Under the pieces are notes generated by a model. The model did not search any database. It was not told the DNA's origin and was given only the letters and a program-made list of their open reading frames with translations. DNA of 64,000 nt, from NCBI RefSeq assembly GCF_009914755.1, contig NC_060932.1. The stretch is one strand, 5' to 3'. Positions 1-13,869 of this stretch are shown here, in pieces. The position numbers were made by a program, and so were the translations under genes. The stretch is from the human T2T-CHM13v2.0 reference genome, Homo sapiens. How positions within the stretch are numbered: position 1 is the stretch's first letter; the number at the start of each line of letters is the position of its first letter.

Positions 1-2070
1 GCCCTCTCTCACCACTCCTATTCAACACAGTGTTGGACGTTCTGGCCAGGTCAATCAGGCAGGAGACAGAAATAAAGGGTATTCAATTAGGAAAAAAGGA
101 AGTCAAATTGTCCCTGTTTGCAGATGACATGATTGTATATTTAGAAATCCCCATCATCTCAGCCCCAAATCTCCTTAAGCTGATAAGCAACTTCAGCAAA
201 GTCTCAGGATACAAAATCAATGTACAAAAATCACAAGCATTCTTATACACTAATAACAGACAAACAGAGAGCCAAATCATGAGTGAACTCCCATTCACAA
301 TTGCTTCAAAGAGAATAAAATATCTAGGAATCCAACTTACAAGGGATGTGAAGGACTTCTTCAAGGAAAACTACAAACCACTGCTCAATGAAATAAAAGA
401 GGACACACACAAACGGAAGAAGATTCCATGGTCATGGATAGGAAGAATCAATATCGTGAAAATGGCCATACTGCCCAAGGTAATTTATAGATTCAATGCC
501 ATCCCCATCAAGCTCCCATTGTCTTTCTTCACAGAATTGGAAAAAACTACTTTAAAGTTCATATGGAACCAAAAAAGAGCCCGCATTGCCAAGTCAATCC
601 TAAGCCAAAGGAGCAAAGCTGGAGGCATCACGCCACCTGACTTCAAACTATACTACAAGGCTACAGTAACCAAAACAGCATGGTACTGGTACCAAAACAG
701 AGATATAGACCAATGGAACAGAACACAGCCCTCAGAAATAATACCACACATCTACAACCATTTGATCTTTGACAAACCTGACAAAAACAAGCAATGGGGA
801 AAGGATTCCCTATTTAATAAATGGTACTGGGAAAACTGGGTAGCCATATGTAGAAAGCTGAAACTGGATCCCTTCCTTACACCTTATACAAAAATTAATT
901 CAAGATGGATTAAACACTTAAGTGTTAGACCTAAAACCATAAAAACCCTAGAAGAAAACCTAGGCAATACCATTCAGGACATAGGCATGGGCAAGGACTT
1001 CATGACTAAAACACCAAAAGCAATGTCAACAAAAGCCAAAATAGACAAATGGGATCTAATTAAACTAAAGAGCTTCTGCACAGCAAAAGAAACTACCATC
1101 AGAGTGAACAGGCAACCTACAGCATGGGAGAAAATTTTTACAAGTACCCATCTGACAAAGGGCTAATATCCAGATTCTACAAAGAACTTAAACAAATTTA
1201 CAAGAAAAAATCAAACAACCCCATCAAAAAGTGGGCAAAGGATATGAAGAGACACTTCTCAAAAGAAGACATTTATGCAGCCAACAGACACATGAAAAAA
1301 TGCTCGTCATCACTGGCCATCAGAGAAATGCAAATCAAAACCACAATGAGATACCATCTCACACCAGTTAGAATGGCGATCATTAAAAAGTCAGGAAACA
1401 ACAGGTGCTGGGGAGGATGTGGAGAAATAGGAACACTTTTACACTGTTGGTGGACTGTAAAATAGTTCAACCATTGTGGAAGACAGTGTGGCGATTCCTC
1501 AAGGATCTAGAACTAGAAATACCATTTGACCCAGCCATCCCATTACTGGGTATATACCCAAAGGATTGTAAATCATTCTGCTATAAAGACACATGCACAA
1601 GTATGTTTATTGCAGCACTATTCACAATAGCAAAGACTTGGAACCAACCCAAATGTCCACCAATGATAGTCTGGATTAAGAAAATGTGGCACATATACAT
1701 CATGGAATACTATGCAGCCATAAAAAAGGATGAGTTCATGTCCTTTGTAGGGACATGGATGAAGCTGGAAACCATCATTCTGAGCAAACTATTGCAAGGA
1801 CAGAAAACCAAACACTGCATGTTCTTACTCATAGGTGGGAATTGCACAACGAGAACACTTGGACCCAGGATGGGGAACAGCACACACCAGGGCCTGTCGT
1901 GGGATGGGGGAAGTCAGGAGGGACAGCATTAGGAGATATACCTAATGTAAATGACAAGTTAATGGGTGCAGCACACCAACATGGCACATGTATACATATG
2001 TAACAAACCTGCATGTTGTGCACATGTACCCTAGAACTTAAAGTATAATATAAATAAATAAATAAATAAA
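1..2070 (+). mobile_element. L1PA (about L1PA4-6) LINE-1, 3' part of ORF2, 3'UTR and (TAAA)n tail; runs off the left edge
   Basis: ORF 30-1166 is L1 ORF2 RT (LFADDMIVY). Frameshift near 1140 into ORFs 1124 and 1405. G-rich 3'UTR; tail 2046-2070. Confidence 0.97.
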
Positions 2071-2082
2071 ACTCTGATATAT

Positions 2083-2429
<347 letters not shown>

Positions 2430-2804
2430 TTACTTTTGGTTTTACATATCACAAGATCTTATTAGAGACACATCAGCACGATTTGAATTCTATCCTCTGG
2501 TCTGTTCTCCAGTTGTGCCACTAAGAGCCAGTTGGCCTCCCAAATATTATCTGGACATATACTTACGTTAGCCAACTGGCTGCTGGTACTGGTGCTGGTG
2601 ATGAGTAACTGTTATTAAGTGCTTATGACACACTAAACATGAAATTGTTGTTCTCCCCATATTTAATGAATAATGAATAGTCAATAAAAGCAAGCGTTGG
2701 TAAATAAGTCATAATGCTACTGTCTCATTATGAAAATACATACTATAGTGCATGAATAAGAGTCACTACTGTCTATAGAGTGGTCAGTTTGTATTTCATC
2801 TATT

Positions 2805-2831
2805 GTGTGTGTGTGTGTGTGTGTGTGTGTG
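2805..2831. repeat. (TG)n microsatellite
   Basis: Direct reading of the tandem TG run. Confidence 0.95.
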
Positions 2832-3370
2832 CATGCGCACATGCATGGTGAGAAAGAAAGACAGCAATCAGATGGTACAATCGACACATAATTTTATCTT
2901 CCAGTCTGTGTTTGAATAAACAACTGGCCGACATATAGTTTTGCCCACTACATATTCAGTTCTCATTATCAGCCAAGATCTCTCAAGGTGCTTTGCAAAG
3001 TCATTAAAATCATATCATTCTATGTTAACATAATATTTTAAGGTTCTTTCTGAGCTTCATAAAATACCAAATGAAAGTTGATTTTTCCTTAATGAATAAT
3101 TCTAAATGTGTGATCATATGTAGCCCTGACAACCCAGAAGTGAGACAGAAGACTATACAGTATGAGCACTTGGCCATGTCAAAGTAGTCCAGGCTGAAAT
3201 TGTCTTATCAGTAGTGGTTAATTATTTGAAACAAACATTCTCAATAACAAGTGGATATTCAATTGGTAGCCAAGGTTCTGATGTCAGGAAGTTGTTATTA
3301 AGGGCCTGCAATTCCCTTTAAAATTCCAAGAAGACATGTGGATATGAGGATAAACATTTACCTTCTAGAG

Positions 3371-3690
3371 CAAGGGTGGATGAACTTTTTCTCTAAAGGG
3401 CTAAACAGTAAATACTTTAACCTTTTCAGGCCATACAGTCTCTGCCTCAACTACTGAACTCACCATCGTAGCAAGAAAGCAGCCAGACAATATGTAACTA
3501 AACGGGTATAGCAGTGTTCCAATAAAACTTCATTTATGGACACTGAAATTTGAATTTCGTGTCATTTTAATGTCACAAAATATTTTTCTCTTTTGATTTT
3601 TTTATCATTTAAAAATATAAAAACATTCTTAGCTTACGGCTTGCACAAAAACAAGCAAGGGGCTAAATTTGGCTCACTGGCCATTTTTTT
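3371..3690 (+). mobile_element. MER58 (MER58B-like) hAT-Charlie DNA transposon
   Basis: Matches recalled MER58 consensus (AAGGG..AACTTTTTCT.TAAAGGGC..CAGTAAATA, GGCCATACAGTCTCTG, GTTCCAATAAAACTT). Confidence 0.8.
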
Positions 3691-5449
3691 GTTGTTGTTA
3701 TTAACAAATTAAATATCTAAAGACAAAAAGATTATTGAATGGCTTCTGCTCTGGAGTAAGAAATCTGAATAAGGTTCAATTTGGTTAATATAGCTTCATA
3801 CCTTGCCCTCTTAACATCATTAATTAATTTCCCAGGCTGAATGAAGGAGAGATGGGCTCCCTCCCTCTTTTCTGCATGGAGCACTTCTACTCAACCATTT
3901 GGACCCTACAGATACCCTCTTCGCCCTGTTCTTATTCGTTATTTCCCTCCTCATATAAAAAGCTAAAATGTTATCTATAATTTATCTAGTTTAATTGTAA
4001 AGTTAAGCAAGTGGGTTTTAGGAATAATTAATACCATGGGGAAAAATGTTCATAGTGTGTTAAGTAAAAGGATCAGAAAACCACATCATAGGTGCAATAT
4101 GATCCCAATCTGTGAGGGGAGGTGTTATCTTTTGTTGATTAATCCTTGAAGGTGGTTTGGATTTTATCTAGATTGTTCTCAGTCTCTTCAAAGGCATAAT
4201 TATTTAAGCATAAAATACATTATTTTCTTCATTTCTTTTCTAAATATCATCCAAACCCTTGAAGCTGATCTCCCTTCCTTGTGCATCTTCCACTTACTCT
4301 GATTTGTATCTTCTGACCTTAAATCCTGAGCCTTAATTCCAAGCCTTCATCTAAAAATAGACTCTCTAACAAAGGCCACTGTAAATATTGATAACACGTT
4401 GTGGCTCTCAAGGCTGCTAGATTGTTCTAGAAAAGTGAGGCCTTGTTAAGAGAGACTTTTAAAATCACTTTGTCCTTGTCTGGGAATGGCTTTATTATTT
4501 AGCCAAGTTACCTGATAATTAACACAGATCTAACCAATTAGGCTAACATAAGCGTCACCTGATTCTTGCTCTGAGTCCTGGCTTTCTGTTTAGTGCAAAT
4601 TAGCTCCTACTAATTAAATAAATTTAAGTGCCAATAAATAAAGCATGGCAAGAATTGATTCAAAAAATACTATATTCAGTAGATTTGCTAATGCTTCCTT
4701 CCCAAATTGATACGAACTCAAAAGGATGGGGAGGGCATCAAATTTAACTACCTATATAATAAAAAGACAAGGTTAGAATTTGCAGAACCACAGTAAAACG
4801 AAGCATCATACTCTACTACTTTAAGGGCCCTAATCCTATGGTCACTTCTTAGGCAGTATAAATATATTATAAACTAGACAGCGTTCAGGTGTATTCACTC
4901 ATCGCTTTTTCTGTGCATTCATTTCACCTTCCCAGTATGTCCTTGGGATCCAAGCATAAACTGTGATGCCAGCATGATGAACTTAAAGTCTTGATAAAAT
5001 TCATTGGATGTGTTTTAGACAGTTGAATGAACAAAAGAAAATTTTAACCTAAAAACCTTTCCACAGTCTCCTTTGTATTTATTCTTTATTTTCAATATTA
5101 GAAACACCACCCTGGTTACTTCCTACTGGTTTTTTAGTCTACTAGTTAGTTCATTGGTCTCCCTAACTTTGGTCTTTTCTCCAATGTCACCCATCCTGTG
5201 CATCCAGCATGCCTCTGATCATGCCTTCCCTCTGCTAAAAAAAAAAAAAAAAAAAAAAACCTTCATAGGCTCCCTGCTGCCAAATGAATAATTTTTTTAA
5301 AATAAATTCAGGGCTCTTTGCAATTAGTCCCAAGTTTTTCAAAATTGCTTTCTATTATATTCTTATGACTAGCTCAAGCTTCAGTCTTTCTCTGAATATG
5401 CCCTAAGTTTTCTTTCCATTCTCTTTTCTGTTACTTATGTTACCCTGTA

Positions 5450-5695
5450 ATGATAATAACGAATGATAGTAATAGCCACCACCTATTGAGTCTTCACTAC
5501 ATCCACATAATCTCTAATCCCTTTACAAACATTATCTCCCTTTATCCATAGAAACACATTAATAAAGTAGGTATCATATCCCCCCTCAAAGAAGTTAAGC
5601 AACTTGCCTATGGTTACCTATAACATACTAAGTGTTGGAATTAGGTTTCAAATCCAGGCCTCTGAATTACACGCCCATTCCCTTAACCACTTTAT
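5450..5695 (-). mobile_element. MIR SINE
   Basis: GAAGTTAAGCAACTTGCC, GGTTTCAAATCCAGG, CTTAACCACT MIR core motifs. Confidence 0.7.
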
Positions 5696-6224
5696 CTCTC
5701 ACTTACTCCATTCCAAACGCAAATGCCCTCACCACCCACTTCCCAAATAACCACACACATACACACACACAGAAACTCAACCATTCTTCAAGGCCTATCC
5801 CAAATGCCACCTACCTCCTACATAAAGTCTTTCCTGTTACCGTTCCCTTCTCCCATAGGTCCTCCTCCTCGAAAACTCCAAACTATATCCTTTCTGCCTA
5901 AGAATCCATATGCCCCTAGGCTTCAACAGCTAGTGATCTCAAAATAAGATCATTTATTATTTAATATTAAAATTATAATGACTGAATCCTGTCCCATGAA
6001 TCACAGGAAGTCTATTTTTTTAACCAAGTTTCCTCCATATATAATTTCTGGGAACCCCAGTGGAGTACCCATATGCTCCAAAATGTATCTTAACTTCGCC
6101 CTATTACCCATGTTCTGAAATACTGCTGTATCAGAACTTCCCTAGGGTCTCTTTGGGGTGTTTTCTCTTCCTGTACTGATTTGCTTCAAGATTGGACACC
6201 AGTCCACTTTGTTAATCATCAGCT

Positions 6225-6695
6225 CCCCCAAAAAGACCACCAGAAAAACCTGGTGATTGAGCAAAGCGAAGTTTATCGGACTTAACCGCTGTAAAGAATA
6301 CCACCATGACAAGGACTTACTTGGTCTCAGAGGATGCAGATCAGAAAATGGATATTTCTAGAATTCTATGACTTGGCTTAAGGGGGATTCTTTCAAGTTG
6401 GAGAACTAATTGAGATTAGACAATGTTTATGACATAGTAGTTTAGAATTGGTGAATACAGCAACACTCATGTCTTGAAGCAAGTTGTGATAAATCGTTAT
6501 CTGAAAAGTGAACCGTTGCTTAGATGAGGAAACCTATCATTCTGATAGAACTGTTTGCCTAGATAACCAAATGCTTTGCCCAGATAAATTAATTTGCAAG
6601 AATTTCCTAAAGCAAACAGTAAAGTTATTTACTGGTTTACAGTTTTATCTTGTTGAGAAAGAATTTCCTAGAAATAATAGGTCATATTGACACAA
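6225..6695 (-). mobile_element. Old ERV1-type solo LTR (MER89/MER110-like; family uncertain)
   Basis: AAAGACCACCAG...GAGCAAAG..GAAGTTTAT pattern typical of reverse-oriented old LTR 3' ends; recalled similarity only. Confidence 0.4.
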
Positions 6696-7930
6696 GCTAT
6701 CAGAGTTCTCAACTTCTCACCATTTCTTGATTCACAGCTAAGCTCAGACTATGGTATATAACAAGACTTTATTGAATCATTGTAGGGTAATGGAGATACA
6801 ATGTATGAAGCTCCCTTTTTTGGCTGCTAATAACAGTTACTCTTGCAGCTTACAGACCATAAAGCCAACTGCAAGTCACTTGTTTAACCTCCAGAATAAA
6901 AGATAGAATTAAGAAAATGCACAGATAGAAACTGAAGACTAACAGGCAAGATAGCAGATCGGGGGAAACTAAAAGCAAATCATCAATCTGGGGGCATCAA
7001 TCATTAGTTGCCAAGGTATTAGGCTGTTAATGGTTTTGCTATTCTTTTTCTGTTTGAAGCTCTTTGATAGCATTTTCCAAATGAAGTCTCGGGGTTCCCA
7101 TTCATTTACATGTGATGTTCCAACAGGCTGAAAGGGGATATTGAGATCACCTCACCTACTCAATCTGTGATGATTTTAGAACTTTAATTGTAATCATGTG
7201 GCAACTCCCAAACCCCCTTTCACTCTCAGCCTCATACAGGTAGCTCAATGCAGTGCTTTTTAAACTTACCTACTGAAGCATCCCCCTAACGACAGAGAAA
7301 AGTTTTATCTTACCTCTGGTAATATTACTACCTCAGGGAAAAGAGCCAGGTTTAAACTCAGGTTTCTAACAATCACCCCACTACCACTCCAGGTTGAGAG
7401 ACACATCCTTATGTTGATCAATTTATTTGTTATTACTCTGAAAGATTAAGATGATGTTATTACAACTGCTGACATATTAATTGTCCCCTAAAACAGAGTT
7501 TGCAAGTATCTGATCATGGAAGAATTTCCTTTCGCTCCCTATATGATTGAAGTTCAACATCAGCTTGTTTTGATTTTTATTTTACTTTCTCTCCCACTGC
7601 CATAGGCGCACGCACACACGCACACACACGCACATTCACACATAAGTCAGGCTACCTGAAAAAGGCATCTCCATGAAACCTTCCAGTGGAGCAGCACAGA
7701 CAGGCATGGCCTTTGGCCCTGTTCCTCCCCACACAGCCTCAGAGGCATGCAAAGAGGTGAGCGAGGGGAGGACGAGGCAGACTCAGGTGGAGGGGAAAGG
7801 AAATCTCAGCCGTACTCCCCAGGTGCCATCTACTCGGAGACCCTCAGAAGCCCTCCAAACCGTTCCATCAGACCGAGCCTCACATTTCAGGGTGTAATGA
7901 AGGCTGCAGAAGTAATAGAGACATACTTAC

Positions 7931-8008
7931 CACTGTCAAAACGAATCTGTTAACAGGAAAGTTTGTGGCAAGCGTTGGGTAGCTCATATCCGTGAGGAAA
8001 CTGGTTTC
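7931..8008 (-). other. Candidate 78-nt internal exon of a minus-strand gene
   Basis: Minus strand reads ctattttctctaaatag|GAAACCAG...GACAGTG|gtaagtat: pyrimidine-rich acceptor and consensus donor in unique sequence. Confidence 0.65.
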
Positions 8009-8116
8009 CTATTTAGAGAAAATAGAGCTGTTCTTCTTAAGCAGAGAGATGCCTATTGTGTGGGTAATTACAGGGAGGCCCGGCTGACCTGGCAATGAGG
8101 TAGGGTAGCTAAATAC

Positions 8117-8400
8117 CTGAAGGCAAGGGGAGCGTCTGAAGTGAAAGCGAAGGCCCCATCTGCCAGGCTGTAATGATTGTGCTATTTGGAGGCAGAAAGG
8201 TTTGTCTGGAGCAGCTGGTTTCTCTCCAAGTGACCTTTTAGCATTTCTGCTTTTGCCGTCTGACAGATGTGTCAACTCAATAATTTCAAAAGCCCCTGAG
8301 TAAATAACCAATTGTGAGCAAGGATGACCCAAAGCGATGACAAAATGGCTGCACGCGGCACATTATGGAGCATAATACCGAGTGACGGAACAGGGAACAT
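8117..8400 (-). other. Candidate first exon at the CpG-rich promoter (5' end uncertain)
   Basis: Donor CTTCAG|gtattt at 8116; 108-nt intron to the 8008 acceptor; YY1-like GCCATTTTG at ~8341-8349. Confidence 0.45.
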
Positions 8401-9000
8401 TATCAGAAGGAAAAAACATTTTCGTCTTTAGTTGGGACTAAATGGCTCTCCTACCCACACTTCAGTTGTTCTTGAAGCGGGGAAGAAAGGGAAATGCGCT
8501 GACACGGAGGGACGCGGCGGCGGCCTTGCCCTTGAAAGCCCGCGTTACCGGGCGCGGGACTCAGCTGGCGTCAGGGCGCTGGAAATGGACTCCCGCGCGC
8601 TCGCCCCCGCTCTGCCGGAGGACCCAGCCCGGGCTAATTGGCGTTGTGAATGATTCGGGGCTGTGAACAGGCGACTGCAATCAGACTAGGGCTGATGGCG
8701 TTGGGAGTCTTGCAGAGTTTGCACTGGCAAGGCAGGTGCGGCCGGGCTGCTTTTATCCGGGAACTAAGCGGGAGGGGGCCCAGAGGCCAACGCTGCAAGG
8801 ATCTAGTGCAGCAGGGGCCAGAGCTTCAGGGAATAAGATTGCCCAGGATTCCTCGGGGGGCAAGCAGAGCACCCTTGCGTGGAAATCTGATTGATTCACC
8901 GTATGCATATTTTTTGCCAGGCTTTTTAAACCCTTCACTGCTCCACTGGAAACACCACCAAACTAAGGTGAGAAGAGCTCCGCCCAGCCCCCTGAGCACT
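8330..9000. promoter_or_regulatory. CpG-rich island / promoter
   Basis: Only CpG-dense non-Alu stretch in the window (e.g. GACGCGGCGGCGG, CCCGCGCGCTCGCCCCCGC); GC boxes; ATTGG at ~8637-8641. Confidence 0.8.
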
Positions 9001-9258
9001 ACAGGGCCCCTCCCTCAGTGCAAGACGCTTCTGCAATGGCATTTTCTGAGACTTGGATGTCCAAATATTCTTTCGATTATCCTACATTGAAAGTGTTAGG
9101 ATTTTCTCTTTTTAATCATTTAATCCCCCCTTTTAAAAATGCATTACATAAATTTACAGTAAACCGAATATTAACTTTCAAAGGCAAATTTTCCATACCT
9201 GAATGCCCATCTTCCCAGAGACAAACCGTTATGATGAGAGAAGTAATGTAAACACAAA

Positions 9259-9464
9259 GAGTGCCGTGCTGGGGAACAGCTCATACCAGTTTGTGAGAGT
9301 CAATGTCAAGTTTTCAGGAATATTGCAAACATTTTTAAACCGATAGTACCTTTGAAATTCGTCATCGTGGTAGTATTTACACCATGGAAATCAGTAAACA
9401 CTATAAATCAGGGCTTTTTTTCTCCTGGAGAGGTGGTTGTTATACATTTACCAGCACACCACTG
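9259..9464 (+). mobile_element. MER63 hAT-Blackjack DNA transposon
   Basis: Terminal GTG..GTGCTGG / ACCAGCACACCACTG inverted ends and internal TTTACACCATGGAAATC...AAATCAGGGC. Confidence 0.8.
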
Positions 9465-9532
9465 ACGCAGGCAAATCAGAGCATTACCGTACTTTCATTT
9501 GGCCGTGAGATCTGGCTTGCTCTCTACTTTAC

Positions 9533-9897
<365 letters not shown>

Positions 9898-10638
9898 TGA
9901 CAAAACATTTGCTAATTTGAAAAAGGTTTGAGGATGTTTACAGATTATGGTTAAGTTCTTTAAAAAAAAAAGTATTACCTATACTTTAAAGTAAAAGTAC
10001 CTCAAAATAACATGCAAAACATCAGCACAGCTCTGATCATGCCTTTTCACTGCTAAAAATCTTCCATAGTTTCCCTACTACTGATCGAATTTTTTTAATT
10101 AATTCGTCCATTTACAATTGGCCCCAACTTTTCAGAATTATTTTTTGCTACATCTTTATGAATAGCTCAAGCTTCAGTCTTAATTCCATAAACTTAGTCT
10201 GACTGCTCTCCAAAATAAAATTTCCAGTCAATGCTGGCGGATCTGGTCAATAAGATGCTCAGGATATTCCACACACATTCCTGACATTAAGTTTTGCTCA
10301 TTTATGTGCTTCCTGTCAGAACTACATGCCCCTGTCCTACTACCTACCTAGATCCTGTATGTTCTTCAAAGTCCCACTCCTCTCACAACTCTAATCCATA
10401 ATCGATTTCTTTTTTCCTATAATTTCCATGACATTTTTTGCTTCTACCTCTCACTTTGGCTCTTAACCATATGACACACTACCTTGACGTTTTACTTTGC
10501 TCTTTTCCATGTGCACGCCTTGTCTACTCACATAGAGTATAACCTCTTGATGAACAAGGCCTTTGTATTACATAAGACAGTATAGATCTTCCTCAGCCCC
10601 TGGCACAGCACTATTTATACACATAGTAATGCTTAAGA

Positions 10639-10845
10639 CAGTGTTTCTCACCTCTCTGAATCTACAATCTCTGTGGGAGCTTTAATAAATACTGCCACCT
10701 AGGCTTCAACCCACAGAGATTCTGATTAAGTTGGTTCTGATTATATTGTGTTAGCAAAGTTCCCAAATAGTTACAAATCTACCTACTTTGTTGCTACCCA
10801 GTTCAGAATCCCTGCGGAATTCTCAATCCATGGTTGAGAGCCATG
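10639..10845. mobile_element. MER5-family DNA transposon (degenerate)
   Basis: CAGTGTTTCTCA...AGAGATTCTGATT...GGTTGAGAGCCATG ends. Confidence 0.55.
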
Positions 10846-11799
10846 ACTTAAAAGATATATGGATGAATGTAAGGAAATAAAACTAAATTGTACAAAATAG
10901 ACAATTGTTTTACTAGCACCTCTCTTTTTAACCAAGGTAGATTCACAGCTAACTGAAATATGCCATTATGGCCTTTAACACCCGCTATCTGACCATGAGC
11001 TCTTTAAGGATGGGGAATAAATTATGTTTGTAGCAACATCCCCATCTATTGAAATGTCTGGAACCAAGCAGATCTTGGGTACCCACAATGATCTCCATTT
11101 CATGTCTATCCATTTAGATTCCCGCCCCCCACCCCACCTGCCTCCACCAACCTTGCTGGGAAAAACTTCCAGATCTCAGTTTAGATGAGACCAAAATAAT
11201 GTTGTTCTTGTGTTTTAAAGTTGTGTTTTTAATAATAAGACAAAAGAATAGATGAGTCCATTTAAAGATGATAAAAGAAAAAAAGCAGAACAATTCTCTT
11301 TCTGGTTTGATTCCATTTCTTCTCCGTGAAAGAGAAAGATACTCTGACTACAAAGGACAGAACACAAATCCTAGTAGGGGAGATAGTAAGAGAGTGTCTA
11401 ACAGCTTTAAAATGTGTTCAAGTCCAGATGCATTACATCTAAGACAATTAAAACAATTTGCAGCTGTTATTGCAGCTGCTCGTGTCCTGGGAAAAAAAAA
11501 ATCAGAGGGAATGGGAAAATTGCCAGAAGATCAGAGCTAAGCAAATGCCTTAGATTTCAAAAAGAGGGATTTCATAATCTAAAGCCAGATGAGTTTGACT
11601 TTCATGCCCAGCAACATTTTAAAATGTATTCTTAACTCGATTATGTGTATGCACTTAGTAGGGAAAGAGGCAATCACCAAAGGCCAGCATAAGGTAGCCA
11701 AAAATAATTCATGACAAATTATTTTTATGCGCTTACTATATTAGAAGGAGATGGAAAGAATATTACAGGCAGATTTTATTCAAACACCTGTCAGGATTG

Positions 11800-12335
11800 A
11801 TTTAAAGGAAGAAATGTATTGAGTCCCTGCTATGTGCTGTTTACCATAATAGGCCTTTGGGATAAAATGCCAGACAAGACACAGTCGTCGCCTTCAAGGG
11901 GATTTAAGTCTAGCAGGAGTGGGAGAAGTTGAAAAGAACACAAGGTCAGTCTTCATGGGGTTCAGCATGGGTGCAATGGGGAAAGATGAAAGGAAGCTCT
12001 TAGATGAAGGAAACTCTACTGTAGGAAGTTGGCATCTCAAGGGGATTGGATACATAAAGAGGAATAAGCCAGGCCAAAACATCTGGGAACTGGAGGTGAA
12101 GAATGTGCCAGACAGAGAAAACAGGAGGTGAAAGGCTTCAAGCTGACAGAGCGAGGTGGCTTAGGAGGCCGTAGGTAGTTCAGGAAGACTGAAGCATAGA
12201 CTTCAAAGTGGAGAGTAAGGAATGCAGAGAGAAAGGTAGAAGAAACAGACAAGAGTCCAAACTAAAAGCCATGTTAAGAACTTTAGACTTTACTCTGAGA
12301 GTAATAGAGAACCTTTGGAGGATTGTAAGCCAGAA
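11800..12335 (-). mobile_element. L2 LINE 3' fragment
   Basis: AAATGTATTGAGTCCCTGCTATGTGC...GACACAGTC..CCTTCAAGG, typical reverse L2 3' end. Confidence 0.7.
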
Positions 12336-12339
12336 AATG

Positions 12340-12975
12340 CACATTGATTTCACCAAGTTATTTGACAGTCTCTCATCATATTATTGTGGATATGATGGAG
12401 AACTATGAACGTGTAGCAATGAAGGTCAGTTTGTAACTATTTGGAAAATTGTCGCATGAAATGTCAATGTATAAAATTGTTAGCAAGTAAAAAGAATTCT
12501 GTTGGCATTTTTCTATGCCCGTTCTTTGATTCTGTTTTATTCAGTGTATTTATCAAGAACTGTGGCAAAGTCTTTTTTATGGACTGCAAAAAGCTGAGAA
12601 GGAGGCAAAGTATTGTTGAAACATTATCAAGATTCAGAAAGCTCTTGACAGGCTGGAGCAAAGGGCCTATGCCAGCAAGATAAAATTTTAATCTTCATTT
12701 ATGTTTTAAAGATAATCTCTTCTAGAAGAATAAAATGGGAAATCCTCACTTTATAACAATTCATGTGAAATTATAAATTCAAGAGTCAAAAACCTGTTGT
12801 GCTAAAGACTGTGACCCCCCTTGCTAGGAAAATCAATCACAGACTGTGTGGGTGATATCACTGTGTTTGGCTCTAGATGTGGCAGTGGCTCCAGTAAACA
12901 CCACCAGCTCACATTTAGGAACTGTGTCCAATTCTAGGTTCAAATACCCAATGTCAAGGTATTTGAGGACCATGA
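12340..12975 (+). mobile_element. L3/CR1 LINE reverse-transcriptase relic
   Basis: Decayed CR1 RT motifs: IDFTKLFDSLS (DFSKAFD), LFSVFIKN (LFNIFINDL), ATTCAGAAAGCTCTTGACAGGCTGGAG (IQxDLDRLE). Confidence 0.75.
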
Positions 12976-13869
12976 TATAAGAAAATGGTAAAAAGATATA
13001 ACCGAACAGGGATAGAAGCCTTTAATTTTTAAGAGAGTAACTCCAGAGGATTGAAATAGGACCACCAAATGAAAGCTCTATATAAGGAAGACATTTTTAG
13101 AAGAAAATAATTTTGTGTCTTTTGTATTTTGTGTTCCTTTCCAATGCTTTTCTATGTAAATAAATATTCTGATGTACTTGTAGATTAAAAAGAAAGAAGG
13201 AAAAATAATTTGGGTGGTTGAGGTAATTGACTATAGAGCACTGGATGACAATGAATGTCGAATTTGTAAGTGGAATAGGTGGCCTTGTAGCTTGTAGTCT
13301 TCCTACCAATAGAGAGGCTTGTGCCATCTCTCAGAGATGGTCACTAACATGTCTAGTAACATGTCTAGTAATGAACCCAAGATCCTGGAGATGTTCATTC
13401 AGTTTGTTAGGAGTATTTAAAGGGAATTTTTACACTGGAAGAGAGGTCTGGCTTTTCCTACCTTGAGATCCTATTTTAAAAATTCATTATAACTACCCCA
13501 TCTCAATGTCACTGAAGAACTAGAGGAGAATGACTCTTCCACACCAATATTGCTACCTCAGAGTCATTTTTGCCTGCTTTCATTGAATATTTATCCTACA
13601 GTTTCAGGAATTGATTCCTTCTTTTATTGCCCATTCTTTTAAAGGATCCCAAACGTCTCTTCCGCATGTTTCATGTTTTCTTAAAATTTCTGACACCTCC
13701 ATGATGACAGATGTTGTAGCATAAATAACCAAAGATACCAAAGCTTTTGGGATAAGTTTCTTCTAAGGAATTCTTACGTAGGACCTAGTGGTCCCTTTTG
13801 TCCATCTTCTTAGTCATAAACCCTGAGCAACCTTCCTTTCCCATGACCATGCCACTCTATCACAAACAT

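Noticed and set aside
30-1166. 378-aa ORF, the longest in the window
   Set aside because: L1 ORF2 remnant followed by a frameshift; not a host gene.
2560-2635. Minus-strand donor AC|gtaagt at 2566
   Set aside because: Upstream acceptor is weak; not enough for an exon call.
8432-9090. Overlapping plus-strand ORFs (73-146 aa) in the CpG island
   Set aside because: Expected in GC-rich sequence; no recognisable domain.
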